Source: a virus
Lineage: Duplodnaviria; Caudoviricetes
DNA: 43,258 nt
IMG/VR virus record: IMGVR_UViG_3300027740_000046
Location: 1 to 43,258 of that record
Reading direction: 5' to 3' (one strand)
Part shown: positions 23,432 to 33,542 of the stretch, in pieces
Numbering within the stretch: the first letter of the stretch is position 1
Layout: the number at the start of each line of letters is the position of its first letter
Translations under genes and position numbers: made by a program
Notes under the pieces: model-generated
Databases searched by the model: none
Told to the model about the DNA's origin: nothing
What the model saw: the letters and a program-made list of their open reading frames with translations, nothing else

Positions 23432-24904
23432 ATGACAATAGCATTTAACACCATACCATTAATTATCAATACGCCCGGCTCCTATATCGAATACGATACG
23501 AGCCGCGCGGTACATGGTTTACAGATTCAGCCGCACGACGTGCTGTTAGTCGGCAACAAAACCGCGACGGGGACTGCCACGTCCGGCGCGGTTTTGCCGG
23601 TGCCTAGTGCTGATGACGCGCTCGTATTGTTTGGTACGGATTCGCAACTCTACCAGATGGTTAAACAATATAAAGCGGTCGATCGATTGACCCCCGTGTG
23701 GGCGATACCACTAACCGACTTGATGGGCGGCGTTGCCGCGATCCATCGATGGACCGTAACTGGCACGGCAACCGCGGCTGGTGAAATCGCTTTTTATCTA
23801 TCTGGCAGACGTTTCACGGCGCCTATAATTGTAAACGAGACGGCTGCGCAGGTGGTAACCGCTGCGGTCGCCGCGGCGGCCCTGCTGACCGATACCCCGG
23901 CGACTGTGACCGATGGGGGCACGGGATTTTTGACGGCCACGGCGATACATAAGGGTGTGTTCAGCAACCAGATCAAACTCGGGGTGAACCTGAATGCGGG
24001 CGAGGCGATGCCCGCGGGACTCGCGATAGCCATTTCCGCGCCTACGGCCGGCTCGGGCGATACCGATCACGCGGCGGCCGTGACGGCGATGGGTGAGGAC
24101 CAATATAACACCATGGCTGTCGGAGTTTATTCGCTTACTGAAATAGCGAAAATCGTAACCGAATTGGAATCGCGCGAGTCGGCTATGCGTTGTATAGAGG
24201 GTGTAGTGTTCGGCGCAGTTTGCGATAGCGCGGCGAATTTGGCAACCTATGCAGCGAGTCTGAATACATCAATCCTTTGCGTGACTGGCTACGAGGCTAG
24301 CGCATCATGTCTCACTCCATGGGAGGTTGCGGCTCAAGTCGCAGCGGTCAACGCGGCGAGCGTACAGGTGGATCCGGCTAGGCATCAAAGCGGCACATCG
24401 CTCTCGGGCGCATACGCGGCCGCGCGCGGTACGCGATTCACACGCGCGCAACGCGATACCCTACTGGGGCTCGGGATTAGCACGATAAGGGCTAGCTCGG
24501 ACGGACGTATGCTGGTAGACCGTTTGGTAACTACAAAAATTACGAACAGCTCGGGTCTCTCGGATTTGGCGCTTTTCGATTTGTCGCCGCACGTGCGCAC
24601 TATACACGCGATCCGGTATACGATTCGGGCGCGTATCGCGAGTAAATTTGCATATTTCAAACTGGCCGATGATGATGGTATTGCTCGGCCTAAGGTTGCT
24701 ACTCCTAGCGTTATTCGCGGCGAACTCGTGGCGTTATTTTGGGAGTGGTTCTACGCGGGCTGGGTTGAGAATCCCGATCAATACATGGCCGACCTTTTGG
24801 TTGAGCGCGATGGTAGCGATGTGAATCGCGTTAATGCGATTATACCGCCCGATATCATCAACAGTTTCTTAGTGTTCGCCGGTCAGATTTCATTCATACG
24901 CTAA
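23432..24904 (+). CDS. Tail sheath protein (Mu gpL-like)
   Basis: IAFNTIP..PGSYIEYD, DPAR, LLGLGIST, KLADD, VERD...NRVN. Confidence 0.95.
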   Translation: MTIAFNTIPLIINTPGSYIEYDTSRAVHGLQIQPHDVLLVGNKTATGTATSGAVLPVPSADDALVLFGTDSQLYQMVKQYKAVDRLTPVWAIPLTDLMGGVAAIHRWTVTGTATAAGEIAFYLSGRRFTAPIIVNETAAQVVTAAVAAAALLTDTPATVTDGGTGFLTATAIHKGVFSNQIKLGVNLNAGEAMPAGLAIAISAPTAGSGDTDHAAAVTAMGEDQYNTMAVGVYSLTEIAKIVTELESRESAMRCIEGVVFGAVCDSAANLATYAASLNTSILCVTGYEASASCLTPWEVAAQVAAVNAASVQVDPARHQSGTSLSGAYAAARGTRFTRAQRDTLLGLGISTIRASSDGRMLVDRLVTTKITNSSGLSDLALFDLSPHVRTIHAIRYTIRARIASKFAYFKLADDDGIARPKVATPSVIRGELVALFWEWFYAGWVENPDQYMADLLVERDGSDVNRVNAIIPPDIINSFLVFAGQISFIR

Positions 24905-24922
24905 GGCGATAGGGAGAATAAC

Positions 24923-25279
24923 ATGAAGGTAACAAGTCAGATAACCGTAAAAGTCGATGGTGACACGATACTTGCAAAATCTGGACAGGTAACGTTTAAC
25001 CCTGGCGGTTACGAACGTGATGCGGTATACGCTGATGGACGGATGATAGGCTATACCAACAAACCGATTAGTTCGGTCATATCAGGATCGATCCAGCATA
25101 CCAGTGATATCGAGATGCGCGCGTTAGCCGATCAAGAAAACGTATCGATTGTCCTTGAAATGGATAGCGGACTAAAGTACCTGATAGACGGCGCGTTCGC
25201 GACAAAACCCCCCGAACTGTCGGGCGATTCGGGCGATGTAGCAATCGAATACAAGGGTCAACCGGCAAAGCAACTATAA
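24923..25279 (+). CDS. Tail tube protein (Mu gpM-like)
   Basis: VKVDG, FNPGGYER; follows the sheath gene. Confidence 0.88.
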   Translation: MKVTSQITVKVDGDTILAKSGQVTFNPGGYERDAVYADGRMIGYTNKPISSVISGSIQHTSDIEMRALADQENVSIVLEMDSGLKYLIDGAFATKPPELSGDSGDVAIEYKGQPAKQL

Positions 25280-25288
25280 AAGAAAACC

Positions 25289-25561
25289 ATGGAATACAAA
25301 CTGCAATATCCTATCGAACGAGATGAAGGCGGAGAGCGCGATACGCTGGCGATCAAGGATCGGGTCAAGGGCGCGGATATGTTGGTGTTAGACGAGCACG
25401 GTGGAGAGGTGGATACCGCGTTAAGGATAATCGCTAAGATGTGTAAAATCTCGCGGGCAGAGGCGGAGCGATTGGACGCGGCGGACATCGGAGTGCTGAG
25501 CGAGATGATAGCAAAAAAACTCGGTCGCTCGCTGGATGGCGAGACAAAGCCGCGCTCTTAG
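25289..25561 (+). CDS. Tail assembly chaperone (Mu gp41-like)
   Basis: LQYPI, LDAADI; lies between tube and tape measure. Confidence 0.85.
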   Translation: MEYKLQYPIERDEGGERDTLAIKDRVKGADMLVLDEHGGEVDTALRIIAKMCKISRAEAERLDAADIGVLSEMIAKKLGRSLDGETKPRS

Positions 25562-25665
25562 CTTATGTTTTTCACTGGCAGCCTAGCGAGCTATACGGTT
25601 TAGAAATGGACGACCTGGAACGGTGGTACGAAACGGCGAAAGAGATTTTGAATAGCATGCGATAA
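25511..25665 (+). other. Probable -1 programmed frameshift site and GpE'-like extension
   Basis: GCA AAA AAA C slippery run; the -1 frame reads LAYVFHWQPSELYGLEMDDLERWY to TAA at 25665. Confidence 0.8.
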
Positions 25666-25669
25666 TCCA

Positions 25670-27604
25670 ATGACCGGCAATGTCAAAGCAAGTCTGACTA
25701 TACGGCTCAAGGATTTGGTTTCGGGGCCAGCAGAGGCGATCAAGCGTGCGATCAACGGTATAGGCTCCGCGTCCGCTAAGATCCCGGCCACGGGCGGTGG
25801 TTTAGCCAGATTAGCCGAGACGGTTAAGGGTTTCAATCTGGCGGGTAATCTGGCGCTAGCTGGGCAGGGAATGACCACGCTCGGCAATCAAGCGCGCGGC
25901 GCACTCACCATGGTACTACGCCCCGCGATGGATTTCGACGCGGCAATGGCGCGCGTAGGCGCGATCACGCAGGGTATCGATGCACGAGGTATACAGGATT
26001 TAAACGCGGCGGCGAAAGATCTGGGGGAAAGTACCGGCATGGGACCGGTAATGGTAGCGCGCGGCCTAGAAGCACTCGCGCAAGAGGGTTATAACGCGAA
26101 ACAGCAACTCTCTACACTGCCTATTATTTTGCAGTTGTCAAAGGTGTCTGGCTTGGAACTGGGTGCGTCGATTGATGTGGTAACAGATTCGCTAGATACG
26201 TTTAATTTAGGCACTGAAGAGGCAGCGCGTGTAGCAGGTATGCTCGGTGGAGTATCACTTACGAGCGGCACGGGCGTACAGCAATTATTTACCGCTCTGC
26301 AATCCGGTGCGCCAGCCGCACTGGCCGCTGGCGTATCCTTAAAAGAAGTCGTGACCATAGTGGGATTGCTCGGTAGCGTGGGCGTAAAAGGAAATAAGGG
26401 CGCCATGGCCATGAACGCGATGCTCATGGCTTTGGGTAGTCCTGGTAAAGTGGCAACGCAAGCGCTTGATAAAATAGGCATCAGCGGTAAAGATATGGCG
26501 CTTGGCTTGCAGAAACCGGCACAATTACTCAAGCTAATCAATGAACGAATGAACGCAAAGGGGCTAGACGCCACTTCGCGCTTTCGTATTCTCGAATCGA
26601 TATTCGGACCGCGCTTAATGAAGTCCATGCCCACACTGATAAACGCTTTAAATAAGGTGGGGGAAGACGGAAAGACAGAGTTCGATAAAATCGCGGACGC
26701 GGCCGAGAACGGCGAGGCTAAACTAAATAAAGTAACCGCGGCGATGGGCGAGACTTCAACCTTAAAGATCAAAAAACTAAACGCTAGCCTAGAGCGGCTT
26801 TACATCGATCTCGCGGAACAGTTGGCGCCTATACTCGGACCGTTGCTTAAAGATTTGAAGGAAATGATTGCGGAATTCTCTAAATGGTCGAAACAAAATC
26901 CAGAACTGATACGAGCCATAGGTCAGTTCTTGATCGGCGTGGCAGCGGTAGCCGCTATACTAGGTCCAATAACACTAGCCGTATCGAGTTTAGTTACGGC
27001 ATTTTCGTTGTTAAAGATGGTTGCCAAGGGCACTGCTATACCGTTTAAAATTATAGGAAATATGAGCGCAGAATTGGGTAGACAGGCGTCGATCGCAACT
27101 GGCCCGGCGAAAGTACTGGGTGGCGCTTTGCGAGGTGTAACGGCCGCGGTCGGTCTTGTGGGCGCCGCGTTTGCCGGTTGGGAGGTCGGGAAATTGTTGG
27201 ATAGCGTGATAGGTAAAGTATTCAAATTAAAGAATGGGCTGCTCAGTACAGAGATCGGCCTTAAGATGGGTAAGTCAGCGTGGTTCAATACGGCTATTGG
27301 ATGGATACCTGGAATGGAAGACGTTGCTAAAGGCAATGAGAGGTTGAACGCCGCGGAGAAAACCGACGAGAAAGCGCTTTTGTCCGAGGCGGAAGCCGCG
27401 GTCGGCGCCGTACCGACCTGGATAACTCCAGAATCCGAGAAGCCTTGGACAAACATGCTTCCGAGGCGGCCGGAACCTGTAAAAGTTGGCGGTAAAATCG
27501 ATATCAATATAGACGTCAGCGACAAACGCGCGAAGGTTACTAAGGTTATCGCGGTTGGCAAAGGCGCGGAATTAGAGGTCGGTTATAATACGGTGCTGCA
27601 ATGA
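25670..27604 (+). CDS. Tape measure protein
   Basis: 644 aa, Ala/Gly-rich, FDAAMARVGAI; position after the chaperone. Confidence 0.93.
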   Translation: MTGNVKASLTIRLKDLVSGPAEAIKRAINGIGSASAKIPATGGGLARLAETVKGFNLAGNLALAGQGMTTLGNQARGALTMVLRPAMDFDAAMARVGAITQGIDARGIQDLNAAAKDLGESTGMGPVMVARGLEALAQEGYNAKQQLSTLPIILQLSKVSGLELGASIDVVTDSLDTFNLGTEEAARVAGMLGGVSLTSGTGVQQLFTALQSGAPAALAAGVSLKEVVTIVGLLGSVGVKGNKGAMAMNAMLMALGSPGKVATQALDKIGISGKDMALGLQKPAQLLKLINERMNAKGLDATSRFRILESIFGPRLMKSMPTLINALNKVGEDGKTEFDKIADAAENGEAKLNKVTAAMGETSTLKIKKLNASLERLYIDLAEQLAPILGPLLKDLKEMIAEFSKWSKQNPELIRAIGQFLIGVAAVAAILGPITLAVSSLVTAFSLLKMVAKGTAIPFKIIGNMSAELGRQASIATGPAKVLGGALRGVTAAVGLVGAAFAGWEVGKLLDSVIGKVFKLKNGLLSTEIGLKMGKSAWFNTAIGWIPGMEDVAKGNERLNAAEKTDEKALLSEAEAAVGAVPTWITPESEKPWTNMLPRRPEPVKVGGKIDINIDVSDKRAKVTKVIAVGKGAELEVGYNTVLQ

Positions 27605-28896
27605 GCTGGCAAGACAGAAAGCAAAAAGCCTCTTTTCGCGGCGTAGCCTTTAACGTCGATATATCCGACCTTGAAATAGGGCGGCGTGTAGCTTTCTACG
27701 ATTTACCACTAGACGAATCAGGCGGCTCGATGGCGCGCGATATGGGAGCGCTATCCAGAAAGCATGCGCTAACCGCTGTATACTGTGGGCCGAATTACGA
27801 CCTCTTGCGAAATAACCTAATAGCCGCGCTGGAAAAGGCTGGGCCGGGCGAGCTGGTCCATCCCTATTACGGCCGGGTACAAGTCGTGATAGATGGTCCT
27901 GCGCATGTGCGCGAGTCAACGGCGGACGGAGGTACGGCGCGCATAGAGTTCACGTTCCGCAAGCATCGTGACCAGGGTACTCCGTTGATGGGCTTGGACA
28001 CTTTTTCGGATGTGATCAACGCCGCGGATTTGGCGCTTGCAGCGCTCAACGAGGACTACGTGGGATCGTTCTCGGTCGCTGGTGTAGAGGGTTGGGTACA
28101 TGAGTTAAATCTTGATGCACTCGAAAATCTAACCGATGATATACAGAAGATAAATAACGATATCGATCGCCTGCTAGCGATACCCAGCAAACTCGCAAGC
28201 GACTTGGACGAATTCAGTAAAGAATTAGCCGAGCTTATCAATACGCCGCAAAAGCTTATTAATAGCGTACAAGCGTTAATCGCAAGCGTTCTCAACTCGA
28301 TTGATCGCGTGGCAGATGCCATAGGAGCATTACTTCCGACCTCGAAAAAGGCCGCGGTTATCGGCTTGGGTATCGAGCCGATAATCTCGATTCTAACGCC
28401 ATCACGCACCCGCCAGCGTGTTAATCAATACGCATCGGTGCGCGCTTTTCGCGGCTGCATGATAGCCAATACGGCGAAGGTCGCGGCGGGGCTTACTTAT
28501 AGTAGCACTCAAGAAGCGATTTCTGTTCGCAACACACTAATCGAACAATTCAATGCGTTCGCCGAATCGGATGAAATGGATAGTCAAGAGGCAATCGACG
28601 ATAGTGTAGACCCGGCCAATCTTGTCTCGGCTGACGGTCCGCAGATTGATAAAGTACAAGAGCAAATGCGCGCGCTACGCGTTGCGCTCAATCGCCATTT
28701 ACTACAGATAGTCGGAGATCTGCCGAGTATGGTTTTCTATATCCCGGCTGAGACTATCCCGGCTATCGTGATCGCGTATCAGCTTTATCGGGATGCTTCG
28801 CGAGATCTAGAAATCGTAGACAGAAATCTTGAGATAATTCGTTATCCGCTTTTTGTTCCTGGTTCTCAACGGTTAGAGGTCATCGCCAATGTCTGA
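27601..28896 (+). CDS. Mu gpN-like DNA circularisation/tail protein
   Basis: MSWQDR..ASFRGVAF, GPGELVHPYYG, PAIVIAYQLYRDASR. Confidence 0.93.
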   Translation: MSWQDRKQKASFRGVAFNVDISDLEIGRRVAFYDLPLDESGGSMARDMGALSRKHALTAVYCGPNYDLLRNNLIAALEKAGPGELVHPYYGRVQVVIDGPAHVRESTADGGTARIEFTFRKHRDQGTPLMGLDTFSDVINAADLALAALNEDYVGSFSVAGVEGWVHELNLDALENLTDDIQKINNDIDRLLAIPSKLASDLDEFSKELAELINTPQKLINSVQALIASVLNSIDRVADAIGALLPTSKKAAVIGLGIEPIISILTPSRTRQRVNQYASVRAFRGCMIANTAKVAAGLTYSSTQEAISVRNTLIEQFNAFAESDEMDSQEAIDDSVDPANLVSADGPQIDKVQEQMRALRVALNRHLLQIVGDLPSMVFYIPAETIPAIVIAYQLYRDASRDLEIVDRNLEIIRYPLFVPGSQRLEVIANV

Positions 28897-30043
28897 CCCG
28901 TTTTTAATCGATAGCGGGCCAACATTTTCGCTGACCGTAGGTAGCAATATCTTCACGGGCTGGCTCGAGGTTACTGTTGATAAAAGTCTAGAAGAATTCG
29001 CGCATTCATTTACTCTGAAATACTGTGACCAGTGGACCATCGACGGCGAGCCATGGGAGATATTTCCTGGCCATAAATGTACTTTGAAATGGGGCGACCA
29101 GGTTTTAATCACGGGCTACGTGACTCAAACCGATCACGATATAACCAGCGACCAATATAATCTAAACGCGTCTGGCAGATCGCAGACCGCCGATCTCGTT
29201 GATTGCTCGGCGATTCATAAAACCGGTCAATGGAAAAACGCGAGTCTAGCTCAAATCGCTACTGACCTGTGCAGACCGTTCGGTATTGAGGTTGACGATC
29301 GATCGAATATCTCGCGTAAGTTCCAGCGGTTCGAACTCGACGATGGCGAGACGGTACATGAGGCCATTAACCGCGCTTGCCGTATTCGGGCTTGCTTGCC
29401 GATTACTACGCCAGAGGGAATGCTGGCGATCGTTCGCGCCGATACTGCTAGTACCGCTATGGGGCTCGGCAGTATGACCGGTATGATAGAGGGACTGGCG
29501 GCGGGTTCATTCGATCCGAATACCATAATCAGCAGGCGGTTGACTCATGGTGAACAGGATAGATATAGTAAGTATATATTCAAAAGTCAGCTGTCATCTA
29601 CTGATGAATTTAACGGATCGAATGCTGTTGCCGTGAAAGGCGAAGCGGTGGATGCTTCGATCCTACGTTATCGGCCGATCGTTATGCAGGCCGAACTATC
29701 GGGATCTAAAAAAGACATGGAGGAACGCGCTCTATGGGAGCGCAATGTCCGCGCGGCGCGTAGCGACCGATTGGCCTACACGGTAGACGGGTTGACCGGC
29801 CCAGACGGCGTGCTCTGGGAACCCGGACAACAAGTTAAAATACAAGACGATTTACTCAAGGTAGACGACACCCTAATCGTCATCTCCGCGCGATTTTTAC
29901 TGAACGCGGACGGCCTTCGTACCGACCTGGAATTCACGAGCCCAGAGGCTTACTCGATGGATGAGCTACCAGAGCGCGACGAGGCGTGGAATTCCAAGAG
30001 CGGAAAATCATGGACACCCAAGCAGGTCAAGGTGCGAAAATGA
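28889..30043 (+). CDS. Baseplate hub protein (Mu gpP/gp44-like)
   Basis: FTGW, ITGYV, GRSQTADLVDCSA, GETV, RYRP, RALWE. Confidence 0.92.
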   Translation: MSDPFLIDSGPTFSLTVGSNIFTGWLEVTVDKSLEEFAHSFTLKYCDQWTIDGEPWEIFPGHKCTLKWGDQVLITGYVTQTDHDITSDQYNLNASGRSQTADLVDCSAIHKTGQWKNASLAQIATDLCRPFGIEVDDRSNISRKFQRFELDDGETVHEAINRACRIRACLPITTPEGMLAIVRADTASTAMGLGSMTGMIEGLAAGSFDPNTIISRRLTHGEQDRYSKYIFKSQLSSTDEFNGSNAVAVKGEAVDASILRYRPIVMQAELSGSKKDMEERALWERNVRAARSDRLAYTVDGLTGPDGVLWEPGQQVKIQDDLLKVDDTLIVISARFLLNADGLRTDLEFTSPEAYSMDELPERDEAWNSKSGKSWTPKQVKVRK

Positions 30044-30639
30044 CTCCCGATCGTGCGTGGATGCGTAAGATATGGGCGCGAGTTAACTCCGCGATAGTGC
30101 GGGGAATCGTGAGACGCACGACCGAGGATACCTCGCTACCGCTGCTACAGGTCGAGTGGGCCGCCGACAGGGCGTCCGATTCGGTAGAGTATTTGCAACC
30201 CCAGGGGATTTACTTTAGGCCGCGTGCGGGCGCCGAGGGCCTGTTCCTTGCGGCGGCGGGAGACCGGGCGGCCGCGGTGCTGGTGGACGCGCAGAAGCGC
30301 GGCGATACGCCCGGAGGTGAGGACATCGCAGAGGGTGAGGGTGGGCTTTACTACGCTGGAGAATTTGGGGTATTCCTCGACGCGGCGGGCCTAGTGCATC
30401 TCGGCGCGAAAAGCGGCGAGGATTTTGTCGCACTCGCCGCAAAGGTGAAAAGCGATCTGGACGGAATCAAATCTGATTTAGACGCGCTAAAAGAAGCGTT
30501 CGACACGCATACGCATGTCCTGGCTATCGCGGCACTAGCGGGCGCGGGCGGTACTGGTACGGCCGCTCCGCCCGCTCCGCCGGTTATTTTGACCTATTCA
30601 CCGACCTCACCGGCCGCGGCAAAGGTGAAAGCGACATGA
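30040..30639 (+). CDS. Baseplate spike/assembly protein (Mu gp45-like)
   Basis: VEYLQPQG, GEGGLY, HTH iron-binding-like motif. Confidence 0.8.
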   Translation: MTPDRAWMRKIWARVNSAIVRGIVRRTTEDTSLPLLQVEWAADRASDSVEYLQPQGIYFRPRAGAEGLFLAAAGDRAAAVLVDAQKRGDTPGGEDIAEGEGGLYYAGEFGVFLDAAGLVHLGAKSGEDFVALAAKVKSDLDGIKSDLDALKEAFDTHTHVLAIAALAGAGGTGTAAPPAPPVILTYSPTSPAAAKVKAT

Positions 30640-31079
30640 TAGCCCTATCTTTCGATAACGCGACTGGTCAGGGTGACCTCGCATTTGATGGGGGTATCGT
30701 ACAGGGCTATGGACTTGAAACCTCCATAGCGATATCGCTTTTAACCTGGCGGCGCGCGACCAAAGACGATAGCCCGCCTGATGGCATGAATTTGCTGGGC
30801 TTCTGGGGCGATACTTATCCAGATGTTCCTGGTGACTTAATCGGCTCGCGGCTTTGGCTGATGGCGGGAAAGAAAATCAATCAGGAATCGCTGACACTCG
30901 CTGTAGACCTCACGCGTGAGGCATTGCAATGGTTGATCGACGATGGCGTGGCCGAATCTATCGAGCCGGTAGCGACACGCGGTACGGACGACAAACTCCA
31001 AATCGGTGCATGGATTAAGAAGCCAACCGAACTTGCGTCTAAATGGTATAGCATATGGGAGGGTACAATTGGCTCTTGA
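30636..31079 (+). CDS. Baseplate protein, Mu gp46-like
   Basis: LETSIAISLLT, GFWGD, GSRLWL, EALQWLIDDGVA. Confidence 0.92.
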   Translation: MIALSFDNATGQGDLAFDGGIVQGYGLETSIAISLLTWRRATKDDSPPDGMNLLGFWGDTYPDVPGDLIGSRLWLMAGKKINQESLTLAVDLTREALQWLIDDGVAESIEPVATRGTDDKLQIGAWIKKPTELASKWYSIWEGTIGS

Positions 31080-32124
31080 TCGACCAACACTTAAGGCGCT
31101 AATCGAACGCGTCAAAAACGATTTTGAGGCGGAGCTAGCCGGAAGCGATGCGCATCTACGCCGTTCTATCGAGTACGTGCTAGCGCGTGTGCTCGGTGGA
31201 TTGGCGCATGGGATGTACGGCTACCTTTATGGTTATATTTTACGGCAGATCTTTCCAGATACGGCGGACGAAGACCATTTCTGGCGCTGGGCCGCGATAT
31301 GGGGAGTAATGCGCAAGGCCGCTGTTTATTGGAAAGGCACATACCGATTTACGGGTGTTGATACGACCGAGATAGACGCGGGCACGGAACTTCAACGATC
31401 GGATGGTCTAACCTATACCACGGATGCGATAGCATATATAAGCGGCGCCTATGTCGATGTGGCTATAACAGCGACCTCGCCCGGCGCTGACTGGAATTGC
31501 GACGATGGTCAGACGCTAGCTCTGGTAAGTCCGATTCCGGGAATAGATGGCGATGGTATCGTACAGGAAACAACGCAAACCGGAACAGACCTGGAAACCA
31601 AAAACGATGGGTTGGTAAGGCTGCTCCTGCAAATCAGCGAGCCGCCAAGTGGGGGCGGGCCAGGCGATTACGAACGGTGGGCGCTAGAAGTCGCGGGCGT
31701 TACGCGCGCATGGGAGTTTCCAAGACAATCCGGGCCGGGCACGGTATCGATCGCGTTTGTTCGAGACGGCGAAACGCCGATCGTTCCTGACCTCGCGGAA
31801 CGAAACGCGGTACTGGATTATATTGAGTTGTATCGACCGGTTACCGCCGAGGTTAATATTATTGAACTAACGGAGGTGGCCCAACCAATAACCCTGACTA
31901 CGCTAACGCCGAACACGGCCGCGGTGCGGGCCGCCGTCACCGCGGTGCTAGAGGATCTGTTTAGTCGCGAATCGACGCCTTTGGGTACGATAACGCTGAG
32001 CCGAATAAACGAAACCATATCGCTAGCGGCAGGAGAGGAAGACCACGTGATGTCCGTACCGGCCGCGAACGTAACGGCAACCATCAGCCAAATCGTAATA
32101 CTAGGTGCAATAACATTTCCATGA
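31069..32124 (+). CDS. Baseplate J / Mu gp47-like
   Basis: RPTL, QIFPDTAD, PPSGG..DYERWALEVAGVTRAW; probable TTG start. Confidence 0.93.
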   Translation: MALDRPTLKALIERVKNDFEAELAGSDAHLRRSIEYVLARVLGGLAHGMYGYLYGYILRQIFPDTADEDHFWRWAAIWGVMRKAAVYWKGTYRFTGVDTTEIDAGTELQRSDGLTYTTDAIAYISGAYVDVAITATSPGADWNCDDGQTLALVSPIPGIDGDGIVQETTQTGTDLETKNDGLVRLLLQISEPPSGGGPGDYERWALEVAGVTRAWEFPRQSGPGTVSIAFVRDGETPIVPDLAERNAVLDYIELYRPVTAEVNIIELTEVAQPITLTTLTPNTAAVRAAVTAVLEDLFSRESTPLGTITLSRINETISLAAGEEDHVMSVPAANVTATISQIVILGAITFP

Positions 32125-33542
32125 TAGCCGCGGATTACCAGAAGATTTTCTATATCTTATTGCCGACAGGGCCGCTATGGCCCGAGCAAGATGGCGACTC
32201 ACCCAATTGGGATATGCTTGCCTCAGCGTTATCGCTTGAACTGGCGCGTATAGACGAGCAAGCGTTGGAGCTTGTTGACGAGGCAATACCGGATGCTACT
32301 AGCTATACCTATCCCGTGGAACTGCTGGAAGCGTGGGAACGAGTAGCTGGATTGCCTGATCAATACACACCAACCGGACAGACAATAACACAGCGTATAC
32401 AAGCGTTAATCGCAAAGTTGCGCGGGCCAGGTGCGCCGACGTTAGCGAAGATCGAAAACATCGTTGAGCCGTATAGTATCGATTATGCCGTGTTTGATGG
32501 GTATCGTTTAGTGGATTCGTTCGCACAATCAGTCGGGGGTGCGCAATGGTGGTATGGAGGTGGCGCGACGGTAGTGGAAAACGCGGCCCCGGATCGTCAC
32601 GGTAATATGACCGCGGAGGTTATCACGTTCCCGACAACATCGGGTTTTGTCTATTCCAATATATTGCGGATAGCTGCTTACGAATCTATATTTATTGATT
32701 TCTGGATTCGTCTTTCTAGTGGAGGATCTCATCTGCTCGAAATAAAGGTAACCGGTCGCGATGGCACAACGGCGGTTTACACGGATAATGTTGCATTAAA
32801 TACAACCTGGGCACATCATACTATTCGTATTGCCGATGTTGGTACGGGTGCTTATGACCCGAGATTGCGATTAAGAATAACTAGCGGTTCTAATGTTGTA
32901 TTACATATAGCCGAAGTAAAAGGCGGTTGGCGCGAACGGTATTATCCGGTATTCATGGCGGGTTCGGTAGCGGGCGAATCGGTGGGTTCGATTTGGGAGC
33001 ATGTGTACGGCGTAGAATACGGCGAGGATTTGATCTCACGTGATGGCGGAACGGGTAAAATAATCTGGGGCACCCAGATGACATTGACAGAAGACGCGGT
33101 AACGGAACCTATTAGCAGACAGCAAATAGCCTACAAATTCGATCCGCCTTATTCGAGTTTTTGTATCGCCATTTTTTATTTAACCACTTATACCAGATAT
33201 GTGCGATATAGTTTTTGGGTGCGGACAGATACGACCGGCTACCTCACGATACGGGCGTATGGTTGTGAGAACGGCGCTTTGGTCTATACTCGGCTTTTGA
33301 TACCGATGCGAGAAAGTTGGGAGTTCATCGAATTTGATGTTGACAACGGCATCGGTATTACCTATCCTACCTATCCAGAGGTTAGGATAACCGTGGTAGA
33401 TGGTATCGTAAATCTATACCTCGCGCATGCGCGCGCAAGCGAAACGAGTGTCGAGATTGAAGGGCGTGTATCGGAAGCGTCTCCGCTACATACTTTACCC
33501 ATGTTTCATTCCTACGGAGAGTTAACACAATGCACCGAATAG
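32121..33542 (+). CDS. Mu gp48/YmfQ-like baseplate protein with large inserted domains
   Basis: LLPTGPLW, ELARID, LLEAWERVAGLPD, C-terminal PLHT..F.YG. Confidence 0.82.
   Translation: MIAADYQKIFYILLPTGPLWPEQDGDSPNWDMLASALSLELARIDEQALELVDEAIPDATSYTYPVELLEAWERVAGLPDQYTPTGQTITQRIQALIAKLRGPGAPTLAKIENIVEPYSIDYAVFDGYRLVDSFAQSVGGAQWWYGGGATVVENAAPDRHGNMTAEVITFPTTSGFVYSNILRIAAYESIFIDFWIRLSSGGSHLLEIKVTGRDGTTAVYTDNVALNTTWAHHTIRIADVGTGAYDPRLRLRITSGSNVVLHIAEVKGGWRERYYPVFMAGSVAGESVGSIWEHVYGVEYGEDLISRDGGTGKIIWGTQMTLTEDAVTEPISRQQIAYKFDPPYSSFCIAIFYLTTYTRYVRYSFWVRTDTTGYLTIRAYGCENGALVYTRLLIPMRESWEFIEFDVDNGIGITYPTYPEVRITVVDGIVNLYLAHARASETSVEIEGRVSEASPLHTLPMFHSYGELTQCTE

Noticed and set aside
31708-31718. Self-targeting: 11-nt match to the sequence after repeat I, and similar 9-11 nt matches for other guides
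   Set aside because: Short enough to arise by chance across 14 guides. I saw no long self-match by eye; an alignment is needed to be sure.
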